Assembly: GCA_965230395.1 (NCBI GenBank)
Contig: CBDDKV010000002.1
Coordinates: forward strand, 2,625,321 to 2,689,320
Origin: Bacteroidales bacterium
Lineage (GTDB): Bacteria > Bacteroidota > Bacteroidia > Bacteroidales > UBA10428
Reading direction: 5' to 3'
Length of the DNA stretch: 64,000 nt
How positions within the stretch are numbered: the stretch's first letter is position 1; every line of letters starts with the position of its first letter. The translations under genes and the position numbers were made by a program. Under the pieces are notes generated by a model. That model saw nothing but the letters and a program-made list of their open reading frames with translations. It was not told where the DNA came from and did no database searches. Below, piece after piece: positions 46,224-55,572 of the stretch.

Positions 46224-46456
46224 CGTAGTATTAACCCATATTTATGCTGATTTATGAAAAAAAAGTTATTATTTGAATCTAAATAATTTGAGCAGCTGAG
46301 CAACACTAACCATGTACAGGTTATAAGTCTGAATTAGTATAAAATGAAAACTTGTTTAATTAAGAATTACAGATTAATTAAACACATAACACAGAAAGTA
46401 ACTACTAATTGAAGTTTTAGTAGTTGGATATTTTAACCTTAACTAAAAGAAAATTT

Positions 46457-49400
46457 ATGAGAAAAAAGATGTATGTTTTGTCTAATCGACAATACAATGC
46501 AAGGTTCTTATTGCCTAAATTGTGGATACTCTCATTACTCTTTTGTATAAGCCAAATAAAAGCATTTGCAAATGATTTGGAGAAACCCCAACGAACTAGT
46601 GTTCAACAGGAAGAAAAGATTATTACAGGTGTTGTTGTTGATGATAACGAGCAACCACTTGTTGGAGTTTCTGTTTTTATAAAAGGAACAACGCAGGGAA
46701 CTACCACTGATTTGAATGGGAGTTATAGCATCGCTGTAGAGTCTGAGGAAACTGTATTGATTTTTTCATTTGTTGGTTATTTAACAGAGGAAATTACAGT
46801 TGGTGATAATCTAAAGATAGATGTAGCATTAAATCAGGATTTAATAGGATTAAACGAAGTTGTGGTAATAGGATATGGAACTCAAAAAAGTGCAGACCTT
46901 ACCTACGCAGTATCTAAAGTTAAATCTGAAAACTTAATAAACAGACCTGTTCCCCGTTTAGAATCAGCTCTGCAAGGTCAATTGGCGGGTGTGACCATTA
47001 GACAGTCCAATGGAGGTCCGGGAAGTGCACCTGAGTTTTTAATCCGGGGTACAAATTCTATAAATGCTGGTAGTGGACCTTTATATGTAATTGATGGTAT
47101 GCCAACAACAAATTCAAATATTGTCGGTAACCTTAATTTCAATTCTGTTGAATCTGTTGAAGTATTAAAAGACGCGGCTGCAGCTGCAATTTATGGTTCA
47201 AGAGGCGCAGGTGGAGTGGTTATTATAACTACTAAAAAAGGTGAAAAAGGAAAAGCAAAGCTTTATTATAATGGTTATTATGGAATTCAGGAGCCCGAAA
47301 AATTAATTGAAATGCTTAGTGGCCCTGAGCAAAGGGCCATGATTAGGGAAGCTTATGAAGATGTTAATGGGCCGGGTACATTTGTTGATTGGGACTTACC
47401 AGCGGATGAAGACTATAATCATCTTGAAGAGTATTTCAGAACAGGCCATATACAGGGACATGAACTGGCTTTAAGCGGAGGTTCCGACAAATCAACTTAT
47501 TACGGTAGTATTAACTACTTAAATCAGGAAGGGATAATATTAGGTACGGCTTACGAAAGGTATTCGTCACGAATGAATGCAACATTTAATATTAACAAAA
47601 ATATTGAGATTGGTACCAATATTGAAGTTTCATATAGTGATAAACAAGACTCAGAAGCTCATGGAAAGGGAAAAGCATTGGATCATATTATTGTTAATGC
47701 TGCATTTCTGCCCACGGATCTATATCGTAAATATACATATAGTGAAGAGCGCGCGGAACCATATGAAAACCCTTTATATGGACCAAGTAACGGGGCAAGC
47801 CGGTCTTTGGACAGAGCTGAATTTATTGATGATCATGATAAGCGGGGACAATTAATAACAAATACGTATTTGAAGGTCAATCTGATGGAGGGATTAACCG
47901 CTAAAACAATGTTTGGCTTTGTACATATTGGTACTGATCGTCGCAAATTTACTCCCTCTAACAGATTCGAAAGAACTGGGGTAGAAAGATACACTCGATC
48001 ATCTAATAACTGGTTGTCTGAAACCACAATAGATTACAACAAAACTATTGGAGGGCATAATATTTCATTACTTGCAGGAATTACCGCACAAAAAGATAAA
48101 AGAGAAGATTCTGGTATAAGGGGATCTGATTTTCCTAATGACGTTGTACCAACATTAAATGCCGCGACAAATTACAGCCGCATTAGTAACAATATTAATG
48201 AATGGGGGCTCATATCACAGTTAGGAAGGGCTATGTATAGTTATAAAGACCGTTATTTTCTTACTGCCAGTATTCGTAGAGATGGAAGTTCCAAATTTGG
48301 TGCAGACTCAAGATGGGGTATTTTTCCGGCCGCATCAGTAGGTTGGAAAATAAGTAGTGAAGAGTTTTTTAATATAAGTTTCGTCAACCTGCTTAAGGTT
48401 AGGTTCTCTTGGGGGCAAACCGGTAATAATCAAATTGGCAACTATGATCAATATGGTGTTTTAGAACCGGTTACAGCTGTTTTTGATCGAAGTACCATAG
48501 AAGGTGGATATGCTATTAGAGATTCTCAATTAGAGAACAGGGATCTGGAATGGGAAAAAAATAATTCAATTAATATTGGATTTGACGCTGCACTATTGGA
48601 TGGACGGGTTCAATTAAATGTGGATTATTATAAAAATACAACTTCTGACCTCTTGTTGAATGTTCCACTGCCAACAATAAGCGGATATCGTCAGGGTAGA
48701 CAAAACATTGGTGAGGTTGTCAATAAAGGTGTAGATTTTGAAATTACAACCAGGAATATATCCAGGCAGAATTTTTCATGGTCAACCACATTTGTGTTAA
48801 ACATTAATGATAATGAAGTAACAAAAATGAATGAGCCTGATGCTGAAATCCTTGATGGACCGTGGTTCGCTAAATGTAATTTAACCAGGGTTGGAGATCC
48901 TATTGGAGCATTATATATGTGGGAAGCTGATGGTATCTATAATAATGAGCAGGAAATAATTGATCATAATGTAGAGTACGATGCCGGGACTCCGCAAGCC
49001 GGTGATCTTAAAATTGTTGATCAAAATAATGATGGTATAATTAATGAAGATGACCGCACGGTAGTTGGACAAGCTATGGCCAAATATACATTTGGATTCA
49101 CAAATACCATCACATATAGAAACTTTGATCTCTCTATGTTGATTGCCGGGGCCGGTGGTAATAAAATATACAATGCCGCAGGTAGAGAAGCTGGTAATTT
49201 TAATGCAATGGGAAGAAAACAAAATAAGTATGCTTATTTTAAAGACCGATGGACTCCCGAAAATACAGATGGCAAATACCCAAGGGTTTCCGGTGGACAA
49301 TTTCCATATTCAGATGGAAATGCCAAAGAAACAACGTTGGATTTATTCGATGGCGATTACTGGCGTATAAAGAATTTAACCCTTGGCTATAATTTAAATA

Positions 49401-49606
49401 GAGGACTACTAAATAATTATATTGAAAGAGCACGGTTTTATGTGACAATTGAAAACCTGTTTCTGGTTGATGACTATGAAGTAGGAATGAACCCTGAAAC
49501 TAATGGTGCTGAAGGTAGTTCTTCTGCTATTGATGGTGCAGGTATGGACTATGCTACTTACCCTAACCCACGCACATATACTTTTGGGGTTAACTTAACA
49601 TTTTAA
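46457..49606 (+). CDS. SusC/RagA-family TonB-dependent transporter (PUL-B)
   Basis: 'GVVVDDNEQPLVGVSVFIKGTTQGTTTDLNGSY', 'VVIGYGTQKSADLT', 'IYGSRGAGGVVIITTKKG', and a long barrel ending 'TFGVNLTF'. The track ORF begins at TTG 46424; ATG 46457 (MRKKMYVL...) is the more plausible start. There is no STN domain. Confidence 0.95.
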   Translation: MRKKMYVLSNRQYNARFLLPKLWILSLLFCISQIKAFANDLEKPQRTSVQQEEKIITGVVVDDNEQPLVGVSVFIKGTTQGTTTDLNGSYSIAVESEETVLIFSFVGYLTEEITVGDNLKIDVALNQDLIGLNEVVVIGYGTQKSADLTYAVSKVKSENLINRPVPRLESALQGQLAGVTIRQSNGGPGSAPEFLIRGTNSINAGSGPLYVIDGMPTTNSNIVGNLNFNSVESVEVLKDAAAAAIYGSRGAGGVVIITTKKGEKGKAKLYYNGYYGIQEPEKLIEMLSGPEQRAMIREAYEDVNGPGTFVDWDLPADEDYNHLEEYFRTGHIQGHELALSGGSDKSTYYGSINYLNQEGIILGTAYERYSSRMNATFNINKNIEIGTNIEVSYSDKQDSEAHGKGKALDHIIVNAAFLPTDLYRKYTYSEERAEPYENPLYGPSNGASRSLDRAEFIDDHDKRGQLITNTYLKVNLMEGLTAKTMFGFVHIGTDRRKFTPSNRFERTGVERYTRSSNNWLSETTIDYNKTIGGHNISLLAGITAQKDKREDSGIRGSDFPNDVVPTLNAATNYSRISNNINEWGLISQLGRAMYSYKDRYFLTASIRRDGSSKFGADSRWGIFPAASVGWKISSEEFFNISFVNLLKVRFSWGQTGNNQIGNYDQYGVLEPVTAVFDRSTIEGGYAIRDSQLENRDLEWEKNNSINIGFDAALLDGRVQLNVDYYKNTTSDLLLNVPLPTISGYRQGRQNIGEVVNKGVDFEITTRNISRQNFSWSTTFVLNINDNEVTKMNEPDAEILDGPWFAKCNLTRVGDPIGALYMWEADGIYNNEQEIIDHNVEYDAGTPQAGDLKIVDQNNDGIINEDDRTVVGQAMAKYTFGFTNTITYRNFDLSMLIAGAGGNKIYNAAGREAGNFNAMGRKQNKYAYFKDRWTPENTDGKYPRVSGGQFPYSDGNAKETTLDLFDGDYWRIKNLTLGYNLNRGLLNNYIERARFYVTIENLFLVDDYEVGMNPETNGAEGSSSAIDGAGMDYATYPNPRTYTFGVNLTF

Positions 49607-49618
49607 TTAAAGAATTCA

Positions 49619-50956
49619 ATGATCATGAAAAATATAAGATATTTATTTCTTTTACTTGTAATGACAATATGTTTTATGGGATGTGAGGAGGATTTATTGG
49701 AACTACCTCCCATAGATAAAATTACAACAGCCAACTATTATCAGACACCAAATGATTTTTTAGAAGCCTCTGTTGGAATATATGATGCATTTCAAACATT
49801 TGCAGACAGATCCTATTTGAGAAATACAGAATTACGAAGCGATAATGTTAGTGGCCGTAAACAAGCCGATTTGGAAGATATTAGTAACGATGCCGATGCA
49901 TTAAGTTCCGGTACAACCGATGCGTTGTGGAGCCGTCTTTATAAAATGATATTTCTGTCAAATAATATTCTGGATCGTATTGATGATGTTGTTTTTACCG
50001 ATTCGGTCCAAAAGAATACGATAAAGGGTGAAGCTTCGTTTTTTAGAGGTTTGGGGCATTACTATGTCGGTAAATTTTTTGGAGAAGGAGTTGTACTAAA
50101 TGGTATTATGCATGTTGAAGAAGCACAAAGCCTCAGTAGTTTAAATAGTCAGGAAGAACTATTTAATCAGGCCATCTCTGACTTTGGTAAGGGAATAGGG
50201 CTATTACCTTCAGAGGCAAAGTTTGGAAGGGTAACCATAGAGGTTGCTCAATCTTTTTTGGCTGATTTGTACATGTTTACCAATCGTCCGGATATGGCTA
50301 AGCCATTGCTTGAAAGCATATTGCTAAACACAACAACTTCTTTTGAAGATGTATATGAAAATATCCATAAAAATGACAGGAACCAGGAAGTAATATTTGC
50401 TGCAATCTTTGCTGATGGGGACGACATAGCCAGTTACTATCCGCAAACTTTTGTTACGTGTCATGGAGGACTTAGTGATGGTTATTTTTTATATACAGAT
50501 GATTTGTTGAATCATTTTGAATTTGGCGATTTTAGATTAGATGCAACCCTTCAGACTGGTGATTGGACAAGTCCGGTTACAGGAAGTGTTTTTGAGGAAG
50601 CTGAAAACGAAATGAGAAATGTCAAACTCGAAAACGGTAATAATGGAGATAAAAAAGGAACCGGAGATTTAATATTCATTCGATATACAGATATATACCT
50701 TTACTATGCCGAAACGTTAGGGGATGGTACAGGCGTTAATGGCTGGACGGCATTAAGTATAGTAAATCAGGTTCGGCAAAGAGCAGGGCTTCCCGTATTG
50801 GATGCAGTTTCAACCGATGATATCATCAGGGAAAGACGAAGCGAATTTGTATGGGAAGGCCAACGTTGGTGGGATCAAGTACGTACCGACAATACAAAAG
50901 GTCTGAGAAAAACTTACGATGTTCCGGAAATAGAATTAATCCGTATGGGCTTCTAA
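49619..50956 (+). CDS. SusD/RagB-family lipoprotein (PUL-B, short form)
   Basis: Lipobox 'FMGC'. 'IFIRYTDIYLYYAETL', 'IVNQVRQRAGLP' and 'IIRERRSEFVWEGQRWWDQVR' are SusD C-terminal motifs. 445 aa. Confidence 0.85.
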   Translation: MIMKNIRYLFLLLVMTICFMGCEEDLLELPPIDKITTANYYQTPNDFLEASVGIYDAFQTFADRSYLRNTELRSDNVSGRKQADLEDISNDADALSSGTTDALWSRLYKMIFLSNNILDRIDDVVFTDSVQKNTIKGEASFFRGLGHYYVGKFFGEGVVLNGIMHVEEAQSLSSLNSQEELFNQAISDFGKGIGLLPSEAKFGRVTIEVAQSFLADLYMFTNRPDMAKPLLESILLNTTTSFEDVYENIHKNDRNQEVIFAAIFADGDDIASYYPQTFVTCHGGLSDGYFLYTDDLLNHFEFGDFRLDATLQTGDWTSPVTGSVFEEAENEMRNVKLENGNNGDKKGTGDLIFIRYTDIYLYYAETLGDGTGVNGWTALSIVNQVRQRAGLPVLDAVSTDDIIRERRSEFVWEGQRWWDQVRTDNTKGLRKTYDVPEIELIRMGF

Positions 50957-50973
50957 AAGTCTAAATCAAAGTG

Positions 50974-50995
50974 TGAGACAAATATTTTTGTCTCA
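50974..50995 (+). terminator. stem-loop after susD-like gene 2 (attenuator/terminator candidate)
   Basis: 9-bp stem tgagacaaa / tttgtctca with a 4-nt loop, embedded in a longer imperfect inverted repeat (aatcaaagtg...cattactttgatt). Confidence 0.45.
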
Positions 50996-51152
50996 TTACT
51001 TTGATTGGATTCAAGCTGCTGACTTGCAACAGGGTTAAAGAGTTGGTGCGATAAAATCTTGGAATCTAATTAAAATGAGGGTGTTGTTCGTGTTTTCTGT
51101 CTTCCTCAGTATTTAATCATGTAGTAACAAAATACCTAATTAAAGAAGAAAG

Positions 51153-53216
51153 ATGAGAATTTTTATTCCACTTTTAATCATACCATTGTTAATGACTTCT
51201 TGTCAAAACAAACCGGAGTTAGTGAACGCTCGATATATTGATCCATTTATTTGTACAGAAGATGATCATGGTCAAACCGATGTAGCGGCAGCAATACCTT
51301 TTGGTATGGTCAAACCGTGTCCTGATACAGACCCAATTGGCCATTCAGGATATGACTTTAATTCAAACGAAATTTTCGGTTTTTCACATACACGTTTTTC
51401 TGGTGTCGGATGCCGGGGTGTTGGTGGAAATATCCGTGTGCTGCCATTTGCCAATAAAGATACCATACCACAAAAGCTTAGTTATAATAAAAATTCTGAA
51501 GTGGCAAAACCAGGCTATTATGAAGTGGTTCTTGAAGAGGGAATTCATGTTAAACTAACGGCCACAAATAAAGTCGCTTTTCACAGTTATATATTTCCCG
51601 AGTCAGACAAAAGCGGTATTGTAGTTGATTTATCAAGTTCATTTGAAGGGCATATTTCAGAACAACATCAATTTGATGAAAGTGGAATTTTATACGGAAA
51701 AGTTGAATCAGTAAATGTATGTCAATTAGGTAAATACTCTTTTTATTTTGCGTTCTGCCTTGATAAGGCTGAAACAGGGGTTTATAATGAAGGTTCAAAA
51801 GTAATTTACAACTTTAAAACTTCTGAGGGTGAAAAAGTTAAAGCTTATTGCGCTCTTTCTGTCATCAATGAGGAACAAGCCATTTCCAACCTGAAAAAGG
51901 ACATGGAATTAAGCTTTGTTAATGTTAGAAACAAAGCATTTGAACAATGGAACGATTTAATGAATGTAGTGGAAGTTCAAACCGATGATACCGTTGCTAA
52001 ACGGTTATTTTACACGCATTTATATCATGCAACCCAGTCCCCGTTTTTAATTAGTGAGGATGATGGGACCTACCGAGGAAGTGATGGGAACTTATATCAG
52101 AGTAGACAAATAAAACATTACCATGGCTGGTCTATCTGGGATACCTTCAGAAGTAAACTTCCCTTATTGTCATTCTTATACCCAGAACTATATTCTAAAA
52201 TGACAGCTTCAATTGGCGAATTATATAAACAAGGTAAACCTGACTGGGCAACTGAAACCGAGCCATTTATTACCATAAGAACGGAGCATTCTATTATTGT
52301 ATTACTGGAAGCTTACCGCAAAGGACTACTAACGTTCCCGCTTGAAGAAATATATCCTTTATTAAAAAAAGAAGTTGAACACCTTCCTTTTAAAACGCCG
52401 GATAATGTTCTGGAATCCAGTTATGATTTATGGGCATTTTCAGAAATAGCAAAAAAACTGGGGAATATGGATGACTATTACTGTTATAAGAAAAAGGCTT
52501 ATCAATATAAAGAAGTCTGGAAAGAAAAATTCATGGTAATAGATGAGAAATCTGACATCATGCATGGCGACGGACTTTACGAAGGAACTTTATGGCAATA
52601 TCGTTGGTTTGTACCATTTGACATTAAAGGAATCCAGGAACTAGTCTCTGGTAAAGATACTTTTGAACAACAGTTAGATCAATTTTTTGAAGAGGAGTTG
52701 TTTAACATAGGTAACCAACCAGACATACAGGTGCCTTATCTGTATGCATACACTAATTCTCCCTGGAAGACACAAAAGGTTGTTCATACACTTTTAAATG
52801 AAGTAACAAATAATTGGTACGGGACACATAATAAATGGAAAAAACCAATGACACGCAAAATCTTTCAGGATTCCCCTAAAGGGTATATTAAAGAGATGGA
52901 TGATGACGCTGGTACAATGTCAGCATGGTATGTGTGGTCATGTCTTGGGTTATATCCGGTGTTTCCCGGTTCAACGGAGATGGTTATTTCAACACCTCAA
53001 TTCGAAAATATTAAAATAAAGTTACCTAAAGGGTTTTTAGAGATTGAATCAATAAAACCTTCAGCTGAATCAATTTATATCCAAAAAATAGAAATAAACG
53101 GGGAAAATTGGAATTCTGGTTTCATTGATTTTAACCTCTTGTCTGATGGTGGCAAAATATTAATTGAGTTGGGAGAAATACCTAATAAAAGTTGGGGAGT
53201 GGTAAATAAGAATTAA
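51153..53216 (+). CDS. GH92-family glycoside hydrolase, short divergent clade (lipoprotein; paralog of 32241-34298)
   Basis: Collinear with 32241-34298 along its whole length, with the same motif variants ('IPFGMVKPCPDT', 'YEGTLWQYRWFVPFD', 'GNQPDIQVPYLYAY', 'MDDDAGTMSAWYV'). Lipobox 'MTSC'. Confidence 0.85.
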   Translation: MRIFIPLLIIPLLMTSCQNKPELVNARYIDPFICTEDDHGQTDVAAAIPFGMVKPCPDTDPIGHSGYDFNSNEIFGFSHTRFSGVGCRGVGGNIRVLPFANKDTIPQKLSYNKNSEVAKPGYYEVVLEEGIHVKLTATNKVAFHSYIFPESDKSGIVVDLSSSFEGHISEQHQFDESGILYGKVESVNVCQLGKYSFYFAFCLDKAETGVYNEGSKVIYNFKTSEGEKVKAYCALSVINEEQAISNLKKDMELSFVNVRNKAFEQWNDLMNVVEVQTDDTVAKRLFYTHLYHATQSPFLISEDDGTYRGSDGNLYQSRQIKHYHGWSIWDTFRSKLPLLSFLYPELYSKMTASIGELYKQGKPDWATETEPFITIRTEHSIIVLLEAYRKGLLTFPLEEIYPLLKKEVEHLPFKTPDNVLESSYDLWAFSEIAKKLGNMDDYYCYKKKAYQYKEVWKEKFMVIDEKSDIMHGDGLYEGTLWQYRWFVPFDIKGIQELVSGKDTFEQQLDQFFEEELFNIGNQPDIQVPYLYAYTNSPWKTQKVVHTLLNEVTNNWYGTHNKWKKPMTRKIFQDSPKGYIKEMDDDAGTMSAWYVWSCLGLYPVFPGSTEMVISTPQFENIKIKLPKGFLEIESIKPSAESIYIQKIEINGENWNSGFIDFNLLSDGGKILIELGEIPNKSWGVVNKN

Positions 53217-53238
53217 AATCTAAATATTTTTTTTGATG

Positions 53239-54470
53239 AAAATAAACAGAGTATTCTAATGAAAATAAAGCAGATGAATCATAAAAATATTGCATTAATT
53301 ATTTTAGCGGCTCTACTCTATTTATCAAGCTGCAAAAACACAGGCGGTTCTATTTTCGATATAGTATCGTATGGTGCAATCTCAGATGGAGAAACAGTTT
53401 CAACAGAAGCTATTCAAAAAGCAATAGATGCAGCCAATAAAAGTGGTGGGGGCAGGGTAATAATACCGGAAGGCAATTTCGTTACCGGAAGTATCATATT
53501 GAAATCAAATGTGGAATTGTACCTGAGCGAAGGTGCCACCCTATACGGAAGCATTGATCCGAGGAGTTACAGAAAAATTGAAGTAGAGGGAATGCCCGTG
53601 TCGCCAAAAACAGATGACAATTCAAAGTTGGCCATCATTCTGTCCCATGATGCCCACAATATTTCTGTAACCGGTAAAGGAACTATTGATGGCAGGGGCG
53701 GGGAACTGGTAAAGGTTATGGACAGCCTGCACAAAGCCGGAATTTATGAAATAAAAGAGTACGATTTTGCCAATAAAAGGATAAGGGAAACAGAACGGCC
53801 AAAGATTCTAATGTTTATGGAGTCTGACCATGTGACTGTTTCCGGGATTACCATTAAAAATTCAGCTGTTTGGGTCCAAACGTATGAACTGTGCACCCAT
53901 GTTAGAATTGATGGGATTACGGTAGAAAGCCGGGCTTTTTGGAATAACGACGGAATGGATATTTCAGATTGCAGGAATGTGCAAATCACGAATTGTAATG
54001 TCAATGCCGCCGATGATGGGATCTGTTTGAAGTCTTACTATCCGGGTTATTGTAACGACTCAATATACATTGCTAATTGCAATATTCGCACAAGTGCAAG
54101 TGCCATAAAATTCGGCACCGCTTCAATTGGTGGGTTTAAAAACGTAATCATCGAAAATATAAAGGTCTTTGATACTTTCCGGTCGATGATTGCGATTGAA
54201 TCTGTAGATGGCGGAGATATTGAAAATGTTCATGTCTCAAATATGGAAGGCAAAAATACCGGAAATGCTATTTTTATTCGCTTGGGGCACCGGAGTGGCG
54301 AAAAGCCGGGAACAGTGAAGAATATAACCATTAAGGATTTAAAGTGTGAAGTTCCATTCGGAAGGCCGGACGAAGGATATGCATTCGAAGGTCCCTGGCC
54401 AAGAGGGGCGCACAACCGGCATCCGGCACCTATTGCGGGTATACCTAATCATTATATTGAGAATGTAACA
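53239..54470 (+). repeat. 1.23-kb near-identical dispersed repeat, copy 2 (partner 40768-41999)
   Basis: See copy 1. It includes 20 nt upstream of the start codon and the first ~404 codons of the GH28 paralog. Confidence 0.9.
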
Positions 54471-55553
54471 TTAGAAAACATTGAAATTACTTATCCCGGG
54501 AAATCGTCAAAAGATATAGCCTACATTGATTTAAATAAACTGGATGATGTTCCTGAAAAAATCAGTTCTTATCCTGAATATAGTGCGTTTGGTGAACTAC
54601 CTTCCTGGGGCTTTTATGTGCGGCATGTTAAAGGGCTTTCAATGAAAAACATTACGCTTAAACTTGAAGACAAAGATTTTCGCCCCCCATTTGTGTTTGA
54701 TGATGTTTATAATTTAAAACTTTCAGGTATCAATGCTCCCCAGGATAACAATGCTATTGTTACCAGAGGAGTTGAGGATATGGAAATTGATGACGAACTA
54801 TCAGAATCGGTAAAAGTTATTCAATCCAGATGCAAGGATATAAACGATGGAGGTGCTTTATACAGGTTTAAAGACAAAATTGAATTAGAACTTACTTCAG
54901 AAACAAAAACGGCAAGAATTCATTATACACTAGACGGTAGTACTCCAACCAAAAAATCGAAAATTTATGATAAACCGATTAATATTACAGATAATGTTTA
55001 TCTAAGAGCTATTGCATATGCGGATAATTATTATCCAAGTAGGGAATTCTCTAAAAAATATGCTAAATCAATTTTAAATGAATTGCCTGAGGGATATCCA
55101 AAGGTTAACCTCAAGCTTAAACCCCAAAAATATGGAGATCCGGAGGGTAGCTTATTGCTCGATGGATTTTTTGGAACGGATGATTTTACAGATAAGAAAT
55201 GGACAGGCCTGAATAACAAGGATTTTGTAATAGAAGTAGATTTAGGTGAGGAAGTAGCCTGTAGTGAAGTTCAACTTTATGCCCTTACATCTACCTTGAA
55301 AAGAATTCTTCCACCTGAAAAAATTTCAATTTATGCCAAAAGTATGGCGGGTGAGTATGTTAGAGTAAAAACCGAATCATATAAACCAGTTAGTAAGCAT
55401 GCCATTAACACCAACTATTATCAGCTAAAATTTCAAAGAATAAAAACCAGGTTAATTAAGATAGTAATTCAAAATACTGGCGTTTTACCGCAATGGCATC
55501 ATGCAAGGGGTGAATTGTCCTGGTTATTCATAGATGAAATAAATGTCAAATAG
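53259..55553 (+). CDS. GH28-family glycoside hydrolase + C-terminal Fn3-like/discoidin-like module (paralog of 40788-43082)
   Basis: Same 764 aa length. The N-terminal ~404 aa are almost identical to 40788-43082, while the C-terminal 360 aa are clearly homologous but much more diverged ('ARIHYTLDGSTPTKKSKIYDKPI', '...QNTGVLPQWHHARGELSWLFIDEINVK'). Confidence 0.85.
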   Translation: MKIKQMNHKNIALIILAALLYLSSCKNTGGSIFDIVSYGAISDGETVSTEAIQKAIDAANKSGGGRVIIPEGNFVTGSIILKSNVELYLSEGATLYGSIDPRSYRKIEVEGMPVSPKTDDNSKLAIILSHDAHNISVTGKGTIDGRGGELVKVMDSLHKAGIYEIKEYDFANKRIRETERPKILMFMESDHVTVSGITIKNSAVWVQTYELCTHVRIDGITVESRAFWNNDGMDISDCRNVQITNCNVNAADDGICLKSYYPGYCNDSIYIANCNIRTSASAIKFGTASIGGFKNVIIENIKVFDTFRSMIAIESVDGGDIENVHVSNMEGKNTGNAIFIRLGHRSGEKPGTVKNITIKDLKCEVPFGRPDEGYAFEGPWPRGAHNRHPAPIAGIPNHYIENVTLENIEITYPGKSSKDIAYIDLNKLDDVPEKISSYPEYSAFGELPSWGFYVRHVKGLSMKNITLKLEDKDFRPPFVFDDVYNLKLSGINAPQDNNAIVTRGVEDMEIDDELSESVKVIQSRCKDINDGGALYRFKDKIELELTSETKTARIHYTLDGSTPTKKSKIYDKPINITDNVYLRAIAYADNYYPSREFSKKYAKSILNELPEGYPKVNLKLKPQKYGDPEGSLLLDGFFGTDDFTDKKWTGLNNKDFVIEVDLGEEVACSEVQLYALTSTLKRILPPEKISIYAKSMAGEYVRVKTESYKPVSKHAINTNYYQLKFQRIKTRLIKIVIQNTGVLPQWHHARGELSWLFIDEINVK

Positions 55554-55572
55554 AAAATTTTAATCGAGTATT